From Caldisericaceae bacterium (GTDB lineage Bacteria; Caldisericota; Caldisericia; Caldisericales; Caldisericaceae), in contig JBMFRX010000001.1 of NCBI GenBank assembly GCA_049967855.1, positions 32,001 through 96,000 of the forward strand: a stretch of 64,000 bases of DNA, given 5' to 3'. Under the pieces are notes generated by a model. That model worked only from the letters and a program-made list of their open reading frames with translations, had not been told where the DNA came from and ran no database searches. Below, piece by piece: positions 31,355-43,437 of the stretch (positions within the stretch are counted from its first letter, which is position 1; the number at the start of each line of letters is the position of its first letter). Made by a program: the position numbers and the translations under genes.

Positions 31355-33790
31355 ATGTCTGATCTATTTGGAGAAAAGGTGCTGAATGCCCCTCTTGAAG
31401 AGGAAGTTCAGAAGTCGTTTATAGATTATTCAGTAAGTGTAATTATTGGGAGGGCTTTGCCCGATATAAGAGACGGGCTCAAACCAGTTCATCGCAGGAT
31501 TCTTTATTCGATGAATGAGCTGGGATGCTATCCCAACAGGCCTTATAAGAAATGCGCAAGAATTGTTGGAGAAGTACTTGGCAAATATCATCCTCATGGT
31601 GATGCTTCAGTTTATGATGCTCTGGTGAGAATGGCGCAGTCTTTTTCATTGCGTTACCCAATTGTTGATGGCCACGGAAACTTTGGTTCAATTGATGGTG
31701 ATGTACCTGCTGCAATGAGGTACACAGAGGCGCGTCTTTCTCCTATAGCTCTCGAGCTTTTGTCAGGACTTGATGAAGATACTGTCGATTTTATACCGAA
31801 TTTTGACAATACACTTAAGGAACCAGTTGTTTTGCCCGCAAGGATACCTAACCTATTAATAAATGGCTCTTCTGGCATTGCAGTTGGTATGGCTACAAAC
31901 ATCCCGCCACACAATCTTAAAGAAGTCATTGATGGTTTACTGTTCATAATTGATAAGGAAATACTAGGAGGGAACGAGGTTGATGGTTCTGAGCTTTCAA
32001 ACTTTATCAAAGGGCCAGATTTTCCTACAGGTGGATATGTAATAGGTGAATCTGGAATAAAAGATTATTTCAACACTGGCAGGGGGAGTTTCAGAATAAG
32101 GGGAAAATGGCACATAGAGGAAACAAAACACAAGACGCGAAATTTCGTAATTACTGAGTTGCCTTTCGAGGTGAACAAGGCAACACTGGTTGAAAAAATA
32201 GCAAATTTAACCAAAGACAAGAAATTAAAAGGTGTAGAGGATATAAGAGATGAATCCGATAGAGACGGAATCAGAATTGTTATAAAAATTGCTCAGGATG
32301 TTGACCCAAAGATTCTTGAAATATCCCTTGCAAATCAGACATCTTTTGAGGTAAGCTACGGAGTTATTTTGCTGGGCGTACTCGACAACTCTCCAAAAGT
32401 ATTCACTTTAAAAGAGCTACTTTCTCATTTTCTTTCATTCAGGGCAGAGATCCTTCGAAAACAAACCGAATTTGAGCTGAATAAGGCAAAAAATCACTTA
32501 ATGATTCTTGAAGGCTTAAGAAAAGCCATTCTGAATATCGATTCTGTGGTGAGCCTTATCAGGGGTTCAAAGGATACTCAAGAGGCTCTGATTGGTCTTA
32601 TGAATATGCTATCTGCTAATGAGGCACAATGCAAAGCAATTCTTGATATGAGGTTGTCAAGACTCACAAGCCTCGAAATAAATAGACTTGAGGATGAGAT
32701 TTCTTCGACAACTCAGGAAATTGAAAAACTTGAAAGGATACTTTCCGACAAGAGTATTTTCTGGAATGAGATAAGTGAAGACCTTAAAAGAATAGCCTTA
32801 ACTTACCCAGGCGATAGAAAAACCCAGATTAAAGCTAAGGAAGAGCTGATTGATGCTGAAACACTTATAGAAGACAACCCTGTAATCATTACTGTTACAA
32901 GAGATGGTTACGTAAAGAGGCTCCCACAAGACACATTCAGAATACAGGCAAGAGGCGGTAAGGGTGTGATAGGAAGCGTTTCTAATGAATTCGATTACCC
33001 TAAGGATATTATTGCAACTACAGCGAAGAGTAAAGTCCTGTTTTTTACTAATAAAGGAAGAGTATATGGTTTGAAAGCTTTTGAGATTCCTGAATCTGAT
33101 AGAGACCTTAAAGGGACTCCAATCCACCGCCTGTTACGCATTGACGAAAATGAAGTTTTCTCTGCAACAATCGCATTGTCAAAGGATATTGATGTAAGTA
33201 GTGTGGCTCTGATAACAAAGAAAGGTCTTGTAAAGAGAACCTCTATCAAGGCTTTTGAGACAATAAATACAAACGGAAAGATAGCTGTCTCTTTAACCGA
33301 AGGAGATGAAATTGTCTCAGTTACTTTCCTGAGGAATTCCGAAGAAATTATTATCGTAACCAATAATGGCTACACGATAAGATTTGATTCAGGCGATGTA
33401 AGGCTTGTGGGAAGAACTGCGCGTGGCGTAAAGGGTATCAATCTGTCTGCCGAGGATTTTGTTGTTGATGGTGAGACGGTGAAGGACAGCGATACTCTTT
33501 TGATAATTACTTCAAATGGGCGTGGTAAAAGGATCATTGTTTCTGAGTTGAGAAAAATCAAGCGTGGGGGAAAGGGAGTGCTTTGCCTGAGAACCACGGC
33601 TAAAACTGGTCCTGTAAGGGCGGTTAAAGTTCTTCATGGAGAAAAAAGCCTTTTCATTATGTCAAAAAAAGGAAAAGTTATTAAAATTGATGTTGAGAAG
33701 ATTCCTCTGCTCCACAGATTTACATCTGGAGTCAAGGTTATAAGTTTTGCACATAGTGAAGATGAGGTTGCATCAGTAACCGTTGGCTAA
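31355..33790 (+). CDS. gyrA: DNA gyrase subunit A
   Basis: [14 protein letters not shown], GyrA-box QARGGKG. Confidence 0.95.
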   Translation: MSDLFGEKVLNAPLEEEVQKSFIDYSVSVIIGRALPDIRDGLKPVHRRILYSMNELGCYPNRPYKKCARIVGEVLGKYHPHGDASVYDALVRMAQSFSLRYPIVDGHGNFGSIDGDVPAAMRYTEARLSPIALELLSGLDEDTVDFIPNFDNTLKEPVVLPARIPNLLINGSSGIAVGMATNIPPHNLKEVIDGLLFIIDKEILGGNEVDGSELSNFIKGPDFPTGGYVIGESGIKDYFNTGRGSFRIRGKWHIEETKHKTRNFVITELPFEVNKATLVEKIANLTKDKKLKGVEDIRDESDRDGIRIVIKIAQDVDPKILEISLANQTSFEVSYGVILLGVLDNSPKVFTLKELLSHFLSFRAEILRKQTEFELNKAKNHLMILEGLRKAILNIDSVVSLIRGSKDTQEALIGLMNMLSANEAQCKAILDMRLSRLTSLEINRLEDEISSTTQEIEKLERILSDKSIFWNEISEDLKRIALTYPGDRKTQIKAKEELIDAETLIEDNPVIITVTRDGYVKRLPQDTFRIQARGGKGVIGSVSNEFDYPKDIIATTAKSKVLFFTNKGRVYGLKAFEIPESDRDLKGTPIHRLLRIDENEVFSATIALSKDIDVSSVALITKKGLVKRTSIKAFETINTNGKIAVSLTEGDEIVSVTFLRNSEEIIIVTNNGYTIRFDSGDVRLVGRTARGVKGINLSAEDFVVDGETVKDSDTLLIITSNGRGKRIIVSELRKIKRGGKGVLCLRTTAKTGPVRAVKVLHGEKSLFIMSKKGKVIKIDVEKIPLLHRFTSGVKVISFAHSEDEVASVTVG

Positions 33791-34824
33791 TGAATAAAGA
33801 GATAAGAACAGCTTTTTTTACTGCGTTGATTTTAGGGTTTACTGTAATAACCCTCTATTTGGTTTACGTTATGAGAGGTGTTTTCCCCCCAATAATATAT
33901 GGTGGTATAATTGCCTATTTCTTGTTGCCTGTTACGAATTTCTTCTCGAGAAAAATTCCTAGATCAATTGCAAGCATTTTGACTCTTTTGCTTTTTTTCC
34001 TTATCTTTGTGATTATTGGCTATCTGCTGTTTCCAATTATTATTCATGAATTAAACGAGCTCATAATCAGGTTGCCAGATTTTTACGTAAATTTGTCAAA
34101 TGCTTTGGATTCTGTAAGAAAACTAATCAATCCAACAGGAGGGAATAAATATTTCAATACAATTATACAAAAGTTCATCGAGACACTGCAAGCCCAGTCC
34201 TCCAACTTTGTTGAGAAAGCTATTAATTCTACAATAAGCAAGATATCGATTGTCTCCTCGTTTGTATTATCGTTGCTATTGTCTTTCTTTTTTATGAAAG
34301 ACTCGAAAGTACTCTTTAGAATTGTTCTTAGAAGGACCAGTGTTAGCAACAGAAAGAAAGTCAAATTCTTCCTCGAGAATACAAACAGAGACCTCAGAGC
34401 TTATTTTTCGACACTTCTCTTGATAAGTATTTTTACTGGTATCGTAATGGGGACTGCAAGCTCGATAGCTGGCATAAAGTATGCAGTGTTAATAGGAGTG
34501 CTTGATTCTCTCCTTGAAATGCTACCTTATATAGGACCTTTTGTTGTTTTCATTGTGGGCTCTATACTTTCACTTACAACTTCTTTCGGTGCTTTTATTG
34601 CGTTTGTAGTCATATTTGCTTTAATAGAAGGACTGCAGAATAGCGTTCTAACGCCTCATCTAATCGGAGGGAGACTCAAAATAACCCCAGTTATTGTTAT
34701 CTTGATGATTGCTGTCGGAGGCTCGTTGTTCGGCGCTCTTGGGGTAATAATTGCGACGCCAACTTTTCTAATAGCTCGCAACTTGGCTGTGTTTAATGCT
34801 TCAAACAGGATTTCGAATGACTAG
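33790..34824 (+). CDS. AI-2E family transporter
   Basis: Multi-TM protein with PYIGP, QNSVLTP and GALGVIIATP. Confidence 0.85.
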   Translation: MNKEIRTAFFTALILGFTVITLYLVYVMRGVFPPIIYGGIIAYFLLPVTNFFSRKIPRSIASILTLLLFFLIFVIIGYLLFPIIIHELNELIIRLPDFYVNLSNALDSVRKLINPTGGNKYFNTIIQKFIETLQAQSSNFVEKAINSTISKISIVSSFVLSLLLSFFFMKDSKVLFRIVLRRTSVSNRKKVKFFLENTNRDLRAYFSTLLLISIFTGIVMGTASSIAGIKYAVLIGVLDSLLEMLPYIGPFVVFIVGSILSLTTSFGAFIAFVVIFALIEGLQNSVLTPHLIGGRLKITPVIVILMIAVGGSLFGALGVIIATPTFLIARNLAVFNASNRISND

Positions 34825-36010
34825 ATTTGACATTTTTGCAAGCAGTCATTTAAACAGCCTCCTGAATTTTGAAAACAAGATTCACGCAAAAGAATTCTAT
34901 AAGTTCTATCTTATCTTTGCAAATGTAATTGACATTGCAAGCACTATATTTCTAATTGGCCTTGTAATCCTAATCATTATTGGGCTTTTTCGCCGTAATG
35001 CCAGGTTGACTAAGAAATACAAGCCCTCGAGAGTTGTAGCTGTGCTGACAGTGCATAATGAGGAAGACTCTATCGGCATTCTGATTGATTCATGTAAAAG
35101 CGCAAAGTTCGGTTCGATTTATGTTATAGCTGACCAGTGTACAGATCGCACAGTTGAGGCTGCCGAAGGCAGAGGTGTTGCTGTAATACCAGTTAGCAAG
35201 AAATCTAAATCGCTTGCTTTGAAAGAAGCGCTGCCTGCAATCATTTCTCGTGAGGGAGAGGAAGCATTTTATATGTTCTTTGATGCAGGAAACGCATTTC
35301 AAAGTACCATCGTTGACGAACTGATGCCATATATAGAGTCATATCCTGTTTTGCAGGTTAGAACAAGAAACCTGAATAACGATTCCTGGGTTTCCAGGAT
35401 GTACGTAATAATGAGTGGTTTCTACTTCAGGGTGCAAAACGCACTTATGAACCTTGGTATGTCGACGATACTTGCTGGCTTTGGATGGGGCGCTTATGGA
35501 TGGGTGCTGAAGAAATATCCACTGCAATGCAAAAGCATAGTTGATGACTTCGAATATACTCTTATTGTTAATATGTCTGTTGCGTACATCCCAACAATTT
35601 CTGTTTACGATGAAAAAACGGATAGCTTCAAAATATCCTTCAGGCAACGTCTACGGTGGTACAGAGGTTATTTTTTTGAATTATTTATGGATTTTAACCA
35701 TTTTAGGAACAAACCTTATTTAATCTTTATCCCTCTTTCTCTGCTTTTCTGGCTTATCTCTATTCTGGGGGTTTCCCGTTCTTTTAACTTGAATTTCCTG
35801 ATTTATTCTATTTTATTCAATTCTCTGATTTATCTTGCTGCTCTTGATGCACAGGATTTAAGAAACTTGAAATATTATGACTTATTAATCTTTTACTTCT
35901 TCAACTTAACTAACATCCTTGTCATTCTCTATGCTGTTTTTACTTTCAAAGATGTTAGTTGGTACAGGACTCCTCACAAAGGGATAGTTTTAAGCAAAAG
36001 GAAAGTTTAA
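34817..36010 (+). CDS. Membrane GT2 glycosyltransferase (processive type)
   Basis: VHNEE, ADQCTD, FFDAG, VDD, RQRLRW; N- and C-terminal TM helices. Start taken at ATG 34817. Confidence 0.82.
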   Translation: MTRFDIFASSHLNSLLNFENKIHAKEFYKFYLIFANVIDIASTIFLIGLVILIIIGLFRRNARLTKKYKPSRVVAVLTVHNEEDSIGILIDSCKSAKFGSIYVIADQCTDRTVEAAEGRGVAVIPVSKKSKSLALKEALPAIISREGEEAFYMFFDAGNAFQSTIVDELMPYIESYPVLQVRTRNLNNDSWVSRMYVIMSGFYFRVQNALMNLGMSTILAGFGWGAYGWVLKKYPLQCKSIVDDFEYTLIVNMSVAYIPTISVYDEKTDSFKISFRQRLRWYRGYFFELFMDFNHFRNKPYLIFIPLSLLFWLISILGVSRSFNLNFLIYSILFNSLIYLAALDAQDLRNLKYYDLLIFYFFNLTNILVILYAVFTFKDVSWYRTPHKGIVLSKRKV

Positions 36011-36065
36011 AAGCCTTCTATAATAGATTGCTTGACTAAACAATGTATGTGACGCGTACAAGGTA

Positions 36066-36093
36066 TTGACTAATTTCTAATTTTCACTAAACT
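36066..36093 (+). promoter_or_regulatory. Promoter of rplU-rpmA-obgE-nadD
   Basis: TTGACT-16 bp-TAAACT. Confidence 0.65.
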
Positions 36094-36154
36094 TAATAGG
36101 TTATATCACTTGCAAGAGGTTTACCAGTACCTTTAGCAGTGGAAGGAGGTTAAT

Positions 36155-36475
36155 ATGGAAGCAATTATCAAAGCTGGCGGTCACCAGTATAGAGTGCACG
36201 AAGGTGACCAGATTAAGATTCAAAAGATTGATGGAGACGTAGGCCAGGCTGTGAAGTTCGACGAAGTCCTTTTGTTAAAAAAGGAAGAAGACATTGTAGT
36301 AGGCTCCCCGAAGGTAGAGAATGCATACGTCGAGGGTGCTATTGTGGAACAGGGCAGAGAAAAGAAAATTATAGTTTTCTTCTACAGGCACAAGACAAGA
36401 AACAGAAAGAAAAATGGGCATCGTCAGCCTTATACGCTTGTCAAGATTAACAGAATTGTCGGAGGTGAAGGCTAA
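36155..36475 (+). CDS. rplU: 50S ribosomal protein L21
   Basis: [19 protein letters not shown]. Confidence 0.96.
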   Translation: MEAIIKAGGHQYRVHEGDQIKIQKIDGDVGQAVKFDEVLLLKKEEDIVVGSPKVENAYVEGAIVEQGREKKIIVFFYRHKTRNRKKNGHRQPYTLVKINRIVGGEG

Positions 36476-36729
36476 TGGCAAGAAAGAGAGCAAAAGTCAA
36501 CGGAAGAGATAGCAACCCTCATTATCTGGGTGTGAAGCTTTATGACGGAGAAACTGCTAAAAGCGGCAGCATTATTGTCAGGCAAAGAGGAGAAAGAATC
36601 AAACCTGGCAAAAATGTAGGCGAGGGAAGAGATTTTACTTTATTTGCTCTTGCTGAGGGGATGGTTAAGTTCCTTAAGAAAAGAGACAAAACTTTTGTAG
36701 AAATTATTAAAGGTGATCAAAACGCCTAA
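36475..36729 (+). CDS. rpmA: 50S ribosomal protein L27
   Basis: [25 protein letters not shown]. Confidence 0.95.
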   Translation: MARKRAKVNGRDSNPHYLGVKLYDGETAKSGSIIVRQRGERIKPGKNVGEGRDFTLFALAEGMVKFLKKRDKTFVEIIKGDQNA

Positions 36730-38014
36730 AAAATCTCTTATAGACCATGCTTACATCACCGTAAGAAGCGGAAATGGCGGTGATGGAGCAGTCAGTTTTC
36801 GAAGAGAGAAGTTTGTTCCACGCGGAGGCCCAGATGGCGGAAGTGGCGGAAAAGGAGGTAGTGTTTTTATTAAGGCTACCTCCTCTCTTAATACTCTCTC
36901 AAACTTTATCTATAGAAAGCACTTTTTTGCAAAGAACGGCGAAAACGGTGGTTCAAGGAACAAAGCTGGCAGGGACGCAGAAGATATTGAGATATTAGTT
37001 CCTGTCGGGACAACGGTTATTGATAGAGATTCTGGTCTGTTAATAAAAGATCTTGATAAAGATGGAGAATCGGCAATCGTTGCGAAAGGCGGCAAAGGCG
37101 GAAAAGGTAATAAAAGCTTTGCAACATCAAGGGATCAGGCTCCTCGTTACAGTGAAAAAGGTGAGCCAGGCGAGGAGAAGCAGCTGGAATTGGTTCTCAA
37201 AATACTTTCTGATGTAGGTGTGATAGGTGCGCCAAATGCTGGTAAATCGACTCTGCTTTCGCAGGTTTCTAATGCCAAGCCCACTATAGCAAATTACCCG
37301 TTTACGACGCTTTCACCAAAAATTGGTACTGTAAAGCTAGAAGACGGATCTTCTTTCGTAATTGCAGACCTCCCAGGTTTGATAGAAGGCGCAAGTGCTG
37401 GCAAAGGGATGGGAGTTGAGTTTCTATCACATGTGGAAAGAACAAAACTTCTATTGCTTTTGATTGATGGCTCTGATAGGAAAGCCATAAGAGCAACTTA
37501 TGAAATGCTCTTAAGCGAACTTGAGGCTTTCAAGAGCGAACTGTTATATAAACCGCGTGTGGTTGTTATTAACAAGATAGATACCTGGAAGGTTAAGCGA
37601 ACAAAAGAGATTGAAAACTTCTTTGAAGATAGAGGAGAGAGAGTTTTCTTTATTTCTGCGAAAAATAGAATTGGTTTAGGCTCTCTTATTCAGAGTTTGA
37701 ATCAGATTCTCAAGAGTATGAGAGTAAGCAAGGAACCTGTGAACGAAGAGAAAGTTTACAGTATCGACCGTAAGGAAAGAAAAGAAAGGAAACTTATCAT
37801 AGAAAAAGTTGATGAGAATACTTTCAAGGTGACTAATAAGGAATTGGAAAGGTACGTTGAGCTTGCTGACTTCAAACGTTCTGAGAGCCTGCACAGTTTA
37901 TGGCAGTATTTCAATAAAATAGAACTTGAGAAGGAATTGCTGAAAAGTGGCATCAAAGATGGCGATAGAGTAGTGATAGGAGAAAAGTCTTTCACATTTA
38001 GAAAAGATGAGTAA
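36713..38014 (+). CDS. obgE: GTPase Obg
   Basis: [38 protein letters not shown]-terminal extension. Confidence 0.96.
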   Translation: MIKTPKKSLIDHAYITVRSGNGGDGAVSFRREKFVPRGGPDGGSGGKGGSVFIKATSSLNTLSNFIYRKHFFAKNGENGGSRNKAGRDAEDIEILVPVGTTVIDRDSGLLIKDLDKDGESAIVAKGGKGGKGNKSFATSRDQAPRYSEKGEPGEEKQLELVLKILSDVGVIGAPNAGKSTLLSQVSNAKPTIANYPFTTLSPKIGTVKLEDGSSFVIADLPGLIEGASAGKGMGVEFLSHVERTKLLLLLIDGSDRKAIRATYEMLLSELEAFKSELLYKPRVVVINKIDTWKVKRTKEIENFFEDRGERVFFISAKNRIGLGSLIQSLNQILKSMRVSKEPVNEEKVYSIDRKERKERKLIIEKVDENTFKVTNKELERYVELADFKRSESLHSLWQYFNKIELEKELLKSGIKDGDRVVIGEKSFTFRKDE

Positions 38015-38603
38015 GATAGGTATATTCGGCGGAGCTTTTAACCCAATCCACAATGGGCACCTTTTTATTGCAAAAGAGTCTTTAGAAATATTTGGCTTGG
38101 ATAAAGTTATCTTTGTTCCAACTGGGAATCCTGTTTTTAAAAAGGAAGATCTTTTGGATAAATACGTGAGAGCTAATCTAGTAGAGATTGCAATAAAAGA
38201 TGAGCCAGGCTTTGAGATTTCTTACTTTGAAATAAATCGCGACGAGCCTTCGTATTATATTGAAACACTTCTATTTTTCAGAGAGTCTTTTGATGACATT
38301 TACTCTATAATCGGGGAAGACGCATTTGTTTTTTTCCATAAGTGGAAAAACCCGCAAGAGATTTTGAACAACAGCAAAATGATAATTGCAGAGAGATTTG
38401 AAGACAATTTCGCGGGTACTAAGAGTTATATCAGCGAGTATTTCAAACAATATGAGAAAAATATTTCCTTTTTAACGCATCCCTTTTACAGAGTATCCTC
38501 AACTGTTGTAAGAGAACGCATAAAGCAAGGCAAACATATTGATTATCTTGTCCCTGATGCTTTGAAAAGAATAATTCTTTCCAAGGGATACTACAAAGTT
38601 TGA
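38007..38603 (+). CDS. nadD: Nicotinate-nucleotide adenylyltransferase
   Basis: GGAFNPIHNGH, IIGED, VSSTVVR. Confidence 0.92.
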   Translation: MSKIGIFGGAFNPIHNGHLFIAKESLEIFGLDKVIFVPTGNPVFKKEDLLDKYVRANLVEIAIKDEPGFEISYFEINRDEPSYYIETLLFFRESFDDIYSIIGEDAFVFFHKWKNPQEILNNSKMIIAERFEDNFAGTKSYISEYFKQYEKNISFLTHPFYRVSSTVVRERIKQGKHIDYLVPDALKRIILSKGYYKV

Positions 38604-38825
38604 ACCAATAAGAGAGCCGAGAGACTTTTATAAAGCATCTTGGAGCTCGCTTTTACAGCAGTTCACAGTTATTCATCTATTTTGATGCAAAGTCAATCAA
38701 TTGTTTTTATAGAAACTTGAAAAATTCTTTAAAAAAGTCCTCAAAACCTATTGCAAATTTTCTGAATCTTTAAATAATTAAATCAAGAAGTATTTAGTTA
38801 TTATTTAAAGAAGGAGGAATGCAGA

Positions 38826-38942
38826 ATGGCAGAGAAGAAAGTAGTAAAGAAAGAAGAGAAGAAGCCAGTCGCAAAGGCAACTGTCGCCAAAAAAGCTGCT
38901 CCAAAGAAAACTGCTGCAAAGCCTAAAACAACAAAGAAATAG
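38826..38942 (+). CDS. 38-aa Lys/Ala/Pro-rich histone H1-like microprotein (not in the ORF track)
   Basis: MAEKKVVKKEEKKPVAKATVAKKAAPKKTAAKPKTTKK; AGGAGG 8 nt upstream; TTGCAA-16-AATAAT at 38751-38778. Confidence 0.75.
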   Translation: MAEKKVVKKEEKKPVAKATVAKKAAPKKTAAKPKTTKK

Positions 38943-38994
38943 CATTTTTCAGGCTTACAGTTAGTGGAGTAACTAATGACGGAGGGAGGGCTGC

Positions 38995-40377
38995 ATGAGC
39001 AGGGTAACTAGTGTGATAGAAGATGAGAGAATACATTACCTGAATAATCTATCACCGAGGAAGGGGAAATATGTTTTATATTGGATGCAGTCCTCTCAAA
39101 GGACTAGTTTCAATCATGCTTTGACATTCGCGATTGAAAGAGCCAACGAACTTTATGTTCCTTTGGTAGTCCTTTTTATTGTTAAGAGAAATTTCCAGGA
39201 AGAAAACGCAAGGCATTTCCTGTTTTTGCTCCAGGGGTTAAGAGATGTTTGGGAAAGTCTCTCTAAGAAAGGTATACGTTTTGTTGTAAAAATGGAAGAG
39301 CCTTTAGACGCAGTAAAGGAAATTGCCAAAAATGCTTGTCTTGTTGTTACTGATACAGGATACTTAGGAGCCGACAGGCAACTCAATAAATCTCTTGCAG
39401 AGCAAGTTGATTGTGAATTTGTGCAGATTGAAAGTGACGTTGTAGTTCCAGTTGAGGCTGTATCTGCCAAGGAGGAATATGCTGCTTTCACTATTAGAAG
39501 GAAAATAGAAAAGCAACTGCCAGCGTTCCTCAGGAGTTTTGATGAGGGTCAAATCCGAGTGAGGTCAAGTTTTGTAAATTTCAACATTTTGTCTTTCGAT
39601 GTCAGAGACCCTGAAAAGGCTCTCAGAAGTGCAAAGTTATTTGATGAATACGTTATAAATTCAGACCGCTTTCGAGGAGGCGAGCAAGAGGCTCATATCA
39701 AACTGAAAGATTTCATCGAGAGCAAACTTGAGAAATATCCAACGTTAAGGAACGATCCACTGGCTGATGTCACCTCAAACCTAAGTCCATATTTGGCTTT
39801 TGGGCATATCTCTCCAATTGAAGTAGCTTTGGATGTCTTGAAAGCTGATAAGGAAAATAAGTTTGCCCAGCAATTCATTGAGGAGCTCATTGTTCGCAGA
39901 GAACTTGCTTTCAACTTTGTTTACTACAACAAGCGCTATCGTTCTTTAGACTCTGTTCCAGAATGGGCGCAGAGAACACTTAGCAAACACGCCTTTGATA
40001 AGAGAGGTTATGTTTATTCATCAGATGATTTTGAAAATGCTAATACGCATGATTTGGTTTGGAATGCCGCCCAGAAAGAACTTGTGAAAACGGGTAAAAT
40101 TAATGGTTACATAAGAATGTACTGGGGAAAGAAGATACTCGAATGGGCTGAGAATCCTTCAAAAGCTTACAAGATATCTCTGTACCTGAATAATAAGTAT
40201 GCACTTGACGGTAATTCTCCTAATTCCTTTGCAGGGATTGCGTGGTGTTTCGGAAAACACGACAGGCCTTTTAAGGAAAGACCGATTTTTGGAATGGTAA
40301 GATATATGAGTAAAGAAGCTCTTGAAAGGCATTTTGATATTAGCAAGTACATTGAAAAAGTAAATTCATTGGAGTAG
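38995..40377 (+). CDS. phr: Class II CPD DNA photolyase
   Basis: VLYWMQ..QR..NHAL, SNLSPYL.FG, EELIVRRELA, RMYWGKKILEW, GKHDRP. Confidence 0.92.
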   Translation: MSRVTSVIEDERIHYLNNLSPRKGKYVLYWMQSSQRTSFNHALTFAIERANELYVPLVVLFIVKRNFQEENARHFLFLLQGLRDVWESLSKKGIRFVVKMEEPLDAVKEIAKNACLVVTDTGYLGADRQLNKSLAEQVDCEFVQIESDVVVPVEAVSAKEEYAAFTIRRKIEKQLPAFLRSFDEGQIRVRSSFVNFNILSFDVRDPEKALRSAKLFDEYVINSDRFRGGEQEAHIKLKDFIESKLEKYPTLRNDPLADVTSNLSPYLAFGHISPIEVALDVLKADKENKFAQQFIEELIVRRELAFNFVYYNKRYRSLDSVPEWAQRTLSKHAFDKRGYVYSSDDFENANTHDLVWNAAQKELVKTGKINGYIRMYWGKKILEWAENPSKAYKISLYLNNKYALDGNSPNSFAGIAWCFGKHDRPFKERPIFGMVRYMSKEALERHFDISKYIEKVNSLE

Positions 40378-40409
40378 GCTTTGTTGATTACTCCTCCTTT
40401 TAAATATAA

Positions 40410-40433
40410 TAGCCCCCGCTTTTGCGGGGGCTA
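40410..40433. terminator. Terminator between convergent phr and groEL
   Basis: TAGCCCCCGC-TTTT-GCGGGGGCTA. Confidence 0.8.
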
Positions 40434-40454
40434 AACAAACTTTATTCCCTAAAA

Positions 40455-42074
<1,620 letters not shown>

Positions 42075-42081
42075 TCACCTC

Positions 42082-42372
42082 CTACTTTAGAATTGCAAGT
42101 ACATCGCTCTCTGAGATGATAAGATACTTCTCTTCATCGAGCTTCAGCTCTGTTCCGGCATACTTTGAGAATATTACAGTATCTCCTGCTTTTACTTCCA
42201 ATGGAAGCTTCTGTCCATTCTCAAGAACTCTGCCAGAGCCTACCGCAATAACTTTGCCTTTTTGTGGCTTCTCTTTTGCTGTGTCAGGGAGTACAATCCC
42301 TCCCTTTGTCTTCTCTTCACTTTCTTCAAGCTTTACAACAATGTGCTCATTAATAGGTACAATTTCTGCCAT
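42082..42372 (-). CDS. groES: Co-chaperonin GroES
   Basis: [24 protein letters not shown]; start at ATG 42372 after AAGGAGG. Confidence 0.97.
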   Translation of the reverse strand: MAEIVPINEHIVVKLEESEEKTKGGIVLPDTAKEKPQKGKVIAVGSGRVLENGQKLPLEVKAGDTVIFSKYAGTELKLDEEKYLIISESDVLAILK

Positions 42373-42406
42373 AAATAAGCCTCCTTTCAATAATTTTTGA
42401 GATTTT

Positions 42407-42433
42407 TTAGCACTCTTAATATCTGAGTGCTAA
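42407..42433. promoter_or_regulatory. CIRCE element (HrcA operator)
   Basis: Perfect TTAGCACTC-N9-GAGTGCTAA upstream of groES. Confidence 0.96.
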
Positions 42434-42436
42434 CTA

Positions 42437-42464
42437 ATTATACAAAATATGTTTGTCTTGTCAA
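42437..42464 (-). promoter_or_regulatory. groESL promoter
   Basis: TTGACA-16 bp-TATAAT on the minus strand, immediately upstream of CIRCE. Confidence 0.85.
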
Positions 42465-42482
42465 GAGGCTTTCACTAACTTT

Positions 42483-42686
42483 TTAGGACTGCTTGTTTTG
42501 CTTGTAATAATCGTCTTCTTTGGTCAACTCGTCTAGCCAATCTTTCACTTTCCAGTCAAGGGCTGTTTCTGTTACTGATGCAAAGATAGCCTTTGGAAGC
42601 TTTTCATTGGCCTTGTAGATTTTTAGGAATTCAATTATTTCCTCGTTTGAGAAACCAGCAAGCAGAATAAATTTCTTTTCTTCCAT
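42483..42686 (-). CDS. Small conserved protein (DUF3783-like)
   Basis: GFSNEEI...IFASVTET.LDWKV.D...EL.KE; SD AAGGAGG. Confidence 0.7.
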   Translation of the reverse strand: MEEKKFILLAGFSNEEIIEFLKIYKANEKLPKAIFASVTETALDWKVKDWLDELTKEDDYYKQNKQS

Positions 42687-42822
42687 ATTGCCTCCTTAGT
42701 ATTTTTGTAAAACAATTATACCATTTACTGAGTATTATTCATATTTTGATTTTCCTCAATTCACCTCTTGACAGAATTCATATAATTCGTATTATAGTAG
42801 TTGCTGGATTTACAGGTGAGCT

Positions 42823-42898
42823 GGGCCGTTAGCTCAGGAGGTAGAGCACCGGCCTTTTAAGCCGGGTGTCGCAGGTTCGAGCCCTGCACGGCTCACCA
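42823..42898 (+). tRNA. tRNA-Lys(UUU)
   Basis: Cloverleaf; anticodon arm CCGGC-CTTTTAA-GCCGG; CCA encoded. Confidence 0.96.
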
Positions 42899-42902
42899 AA
42901 AA

Positions 42903-42977
42903 GCCCTCGTAGTCTAACGGTTAGGACATCGCCCTTTCAAGGCGGCGATAGGAGTCCGACTCTCCTCGAGGGCACCA
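42903..42977 (+). tRNA. tRNA-Glu(UUC)
   Basis: TCGCC-CTTTCAA-GGCGG; atypical T-loop TCCGACT; CCA encoded. Confidence 0.93.
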
Positions 42978-42982
42978 TGCTT

Positions 42983-43057
42983 GGGCGGATGGCTCAGCGG
43001 TAGAGCACTTCCCTCACACGGAAGGGGTCACAGGTTCGAATCCTGTTTCGCCCACCA
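42983..43057 (+). tRNA. tRNA-Val(CAC)
   Basis: CTTCC-CTCACAC-GGAAG; GTTCGAATC; CCA. Confidence 0.95.
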
Positions 43058-43141
43058 ATCATTGTTGATATTGCAAAAATATTCTAAATTTGTATAATAA
43101 ATGCGAGTTAGCAGTCAAAAGAGGTTAGCTTCCTCATTTGC

Positions 43142-43218
43142 GGGGTCGTGGTGTAGCGGTTTAGCACGCTGGCCTGTCACGCCGGAGACCGTGGGTTCGA
43201 ATCCCATCGATCCCGCCA
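43142..43218 (+). tRNA. tRNA-Asp(GUC)
   Basis: CTGGC-CTGTCAC-GCCGG; CCA. Confidence 0.95.
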
Positions 43219-43226
43219 AAATTAAA

Positions 43227-43301
43227 GCGGGAGTAGCTCAGAGGTAGAGCACTGCCTTGCCAAGGCAGCTGTCGCGGGTTCAAGTCCCGTCTTCCGCTCC
43301 A
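43227..43301 (+). tRNA. tRNA-Gly(GCC)
   Basis: CTGCC-TTGCCAA-GGCAG; CCA. Confidence 0.95.
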
Positions 43302-43324
43302 TTTTTATTTTGTGGGTTAATTTG

Positions 43325-43400
43325 GCCGGCGTAGCTCAGTTGGTAGAGCAGCTGATTCGTAATCAGCGGGTCGTCTGTTCAAGTCAGATCGCCGGCTCCA
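43325..43400 (+). tRNA. tRNA-Thr(CGU)
   Basis: GCTGA-TTCGTAA-TCAGC; CCA. Confidence 0.95.
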
Positions 43401-43437
43401 TGATAGCGTGAAAAAATCTTGTGTTTTGGAGGTTTGA

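Noticed and set aside
31355..33790. Topoisomerase IV (parC/parE) assignment
   Set aside because: The GyrA-box QARGGKG is present, favouring gyrase.
36100..36150. Possible L21 leader hairpin
   Set aside because: Some pairing (CACT..GC..AGGT/ACCT..GC.AGTG) exists, but I cannot match it to the known model by eye.
38604..38670. SAM-I riboswitch-like start (AAGAGAGCCGAGAGAC) after nadD
   Set aside because: Lacks the ATC/GAT P1 helix and other core motifs; more likely an imperfect terminator.
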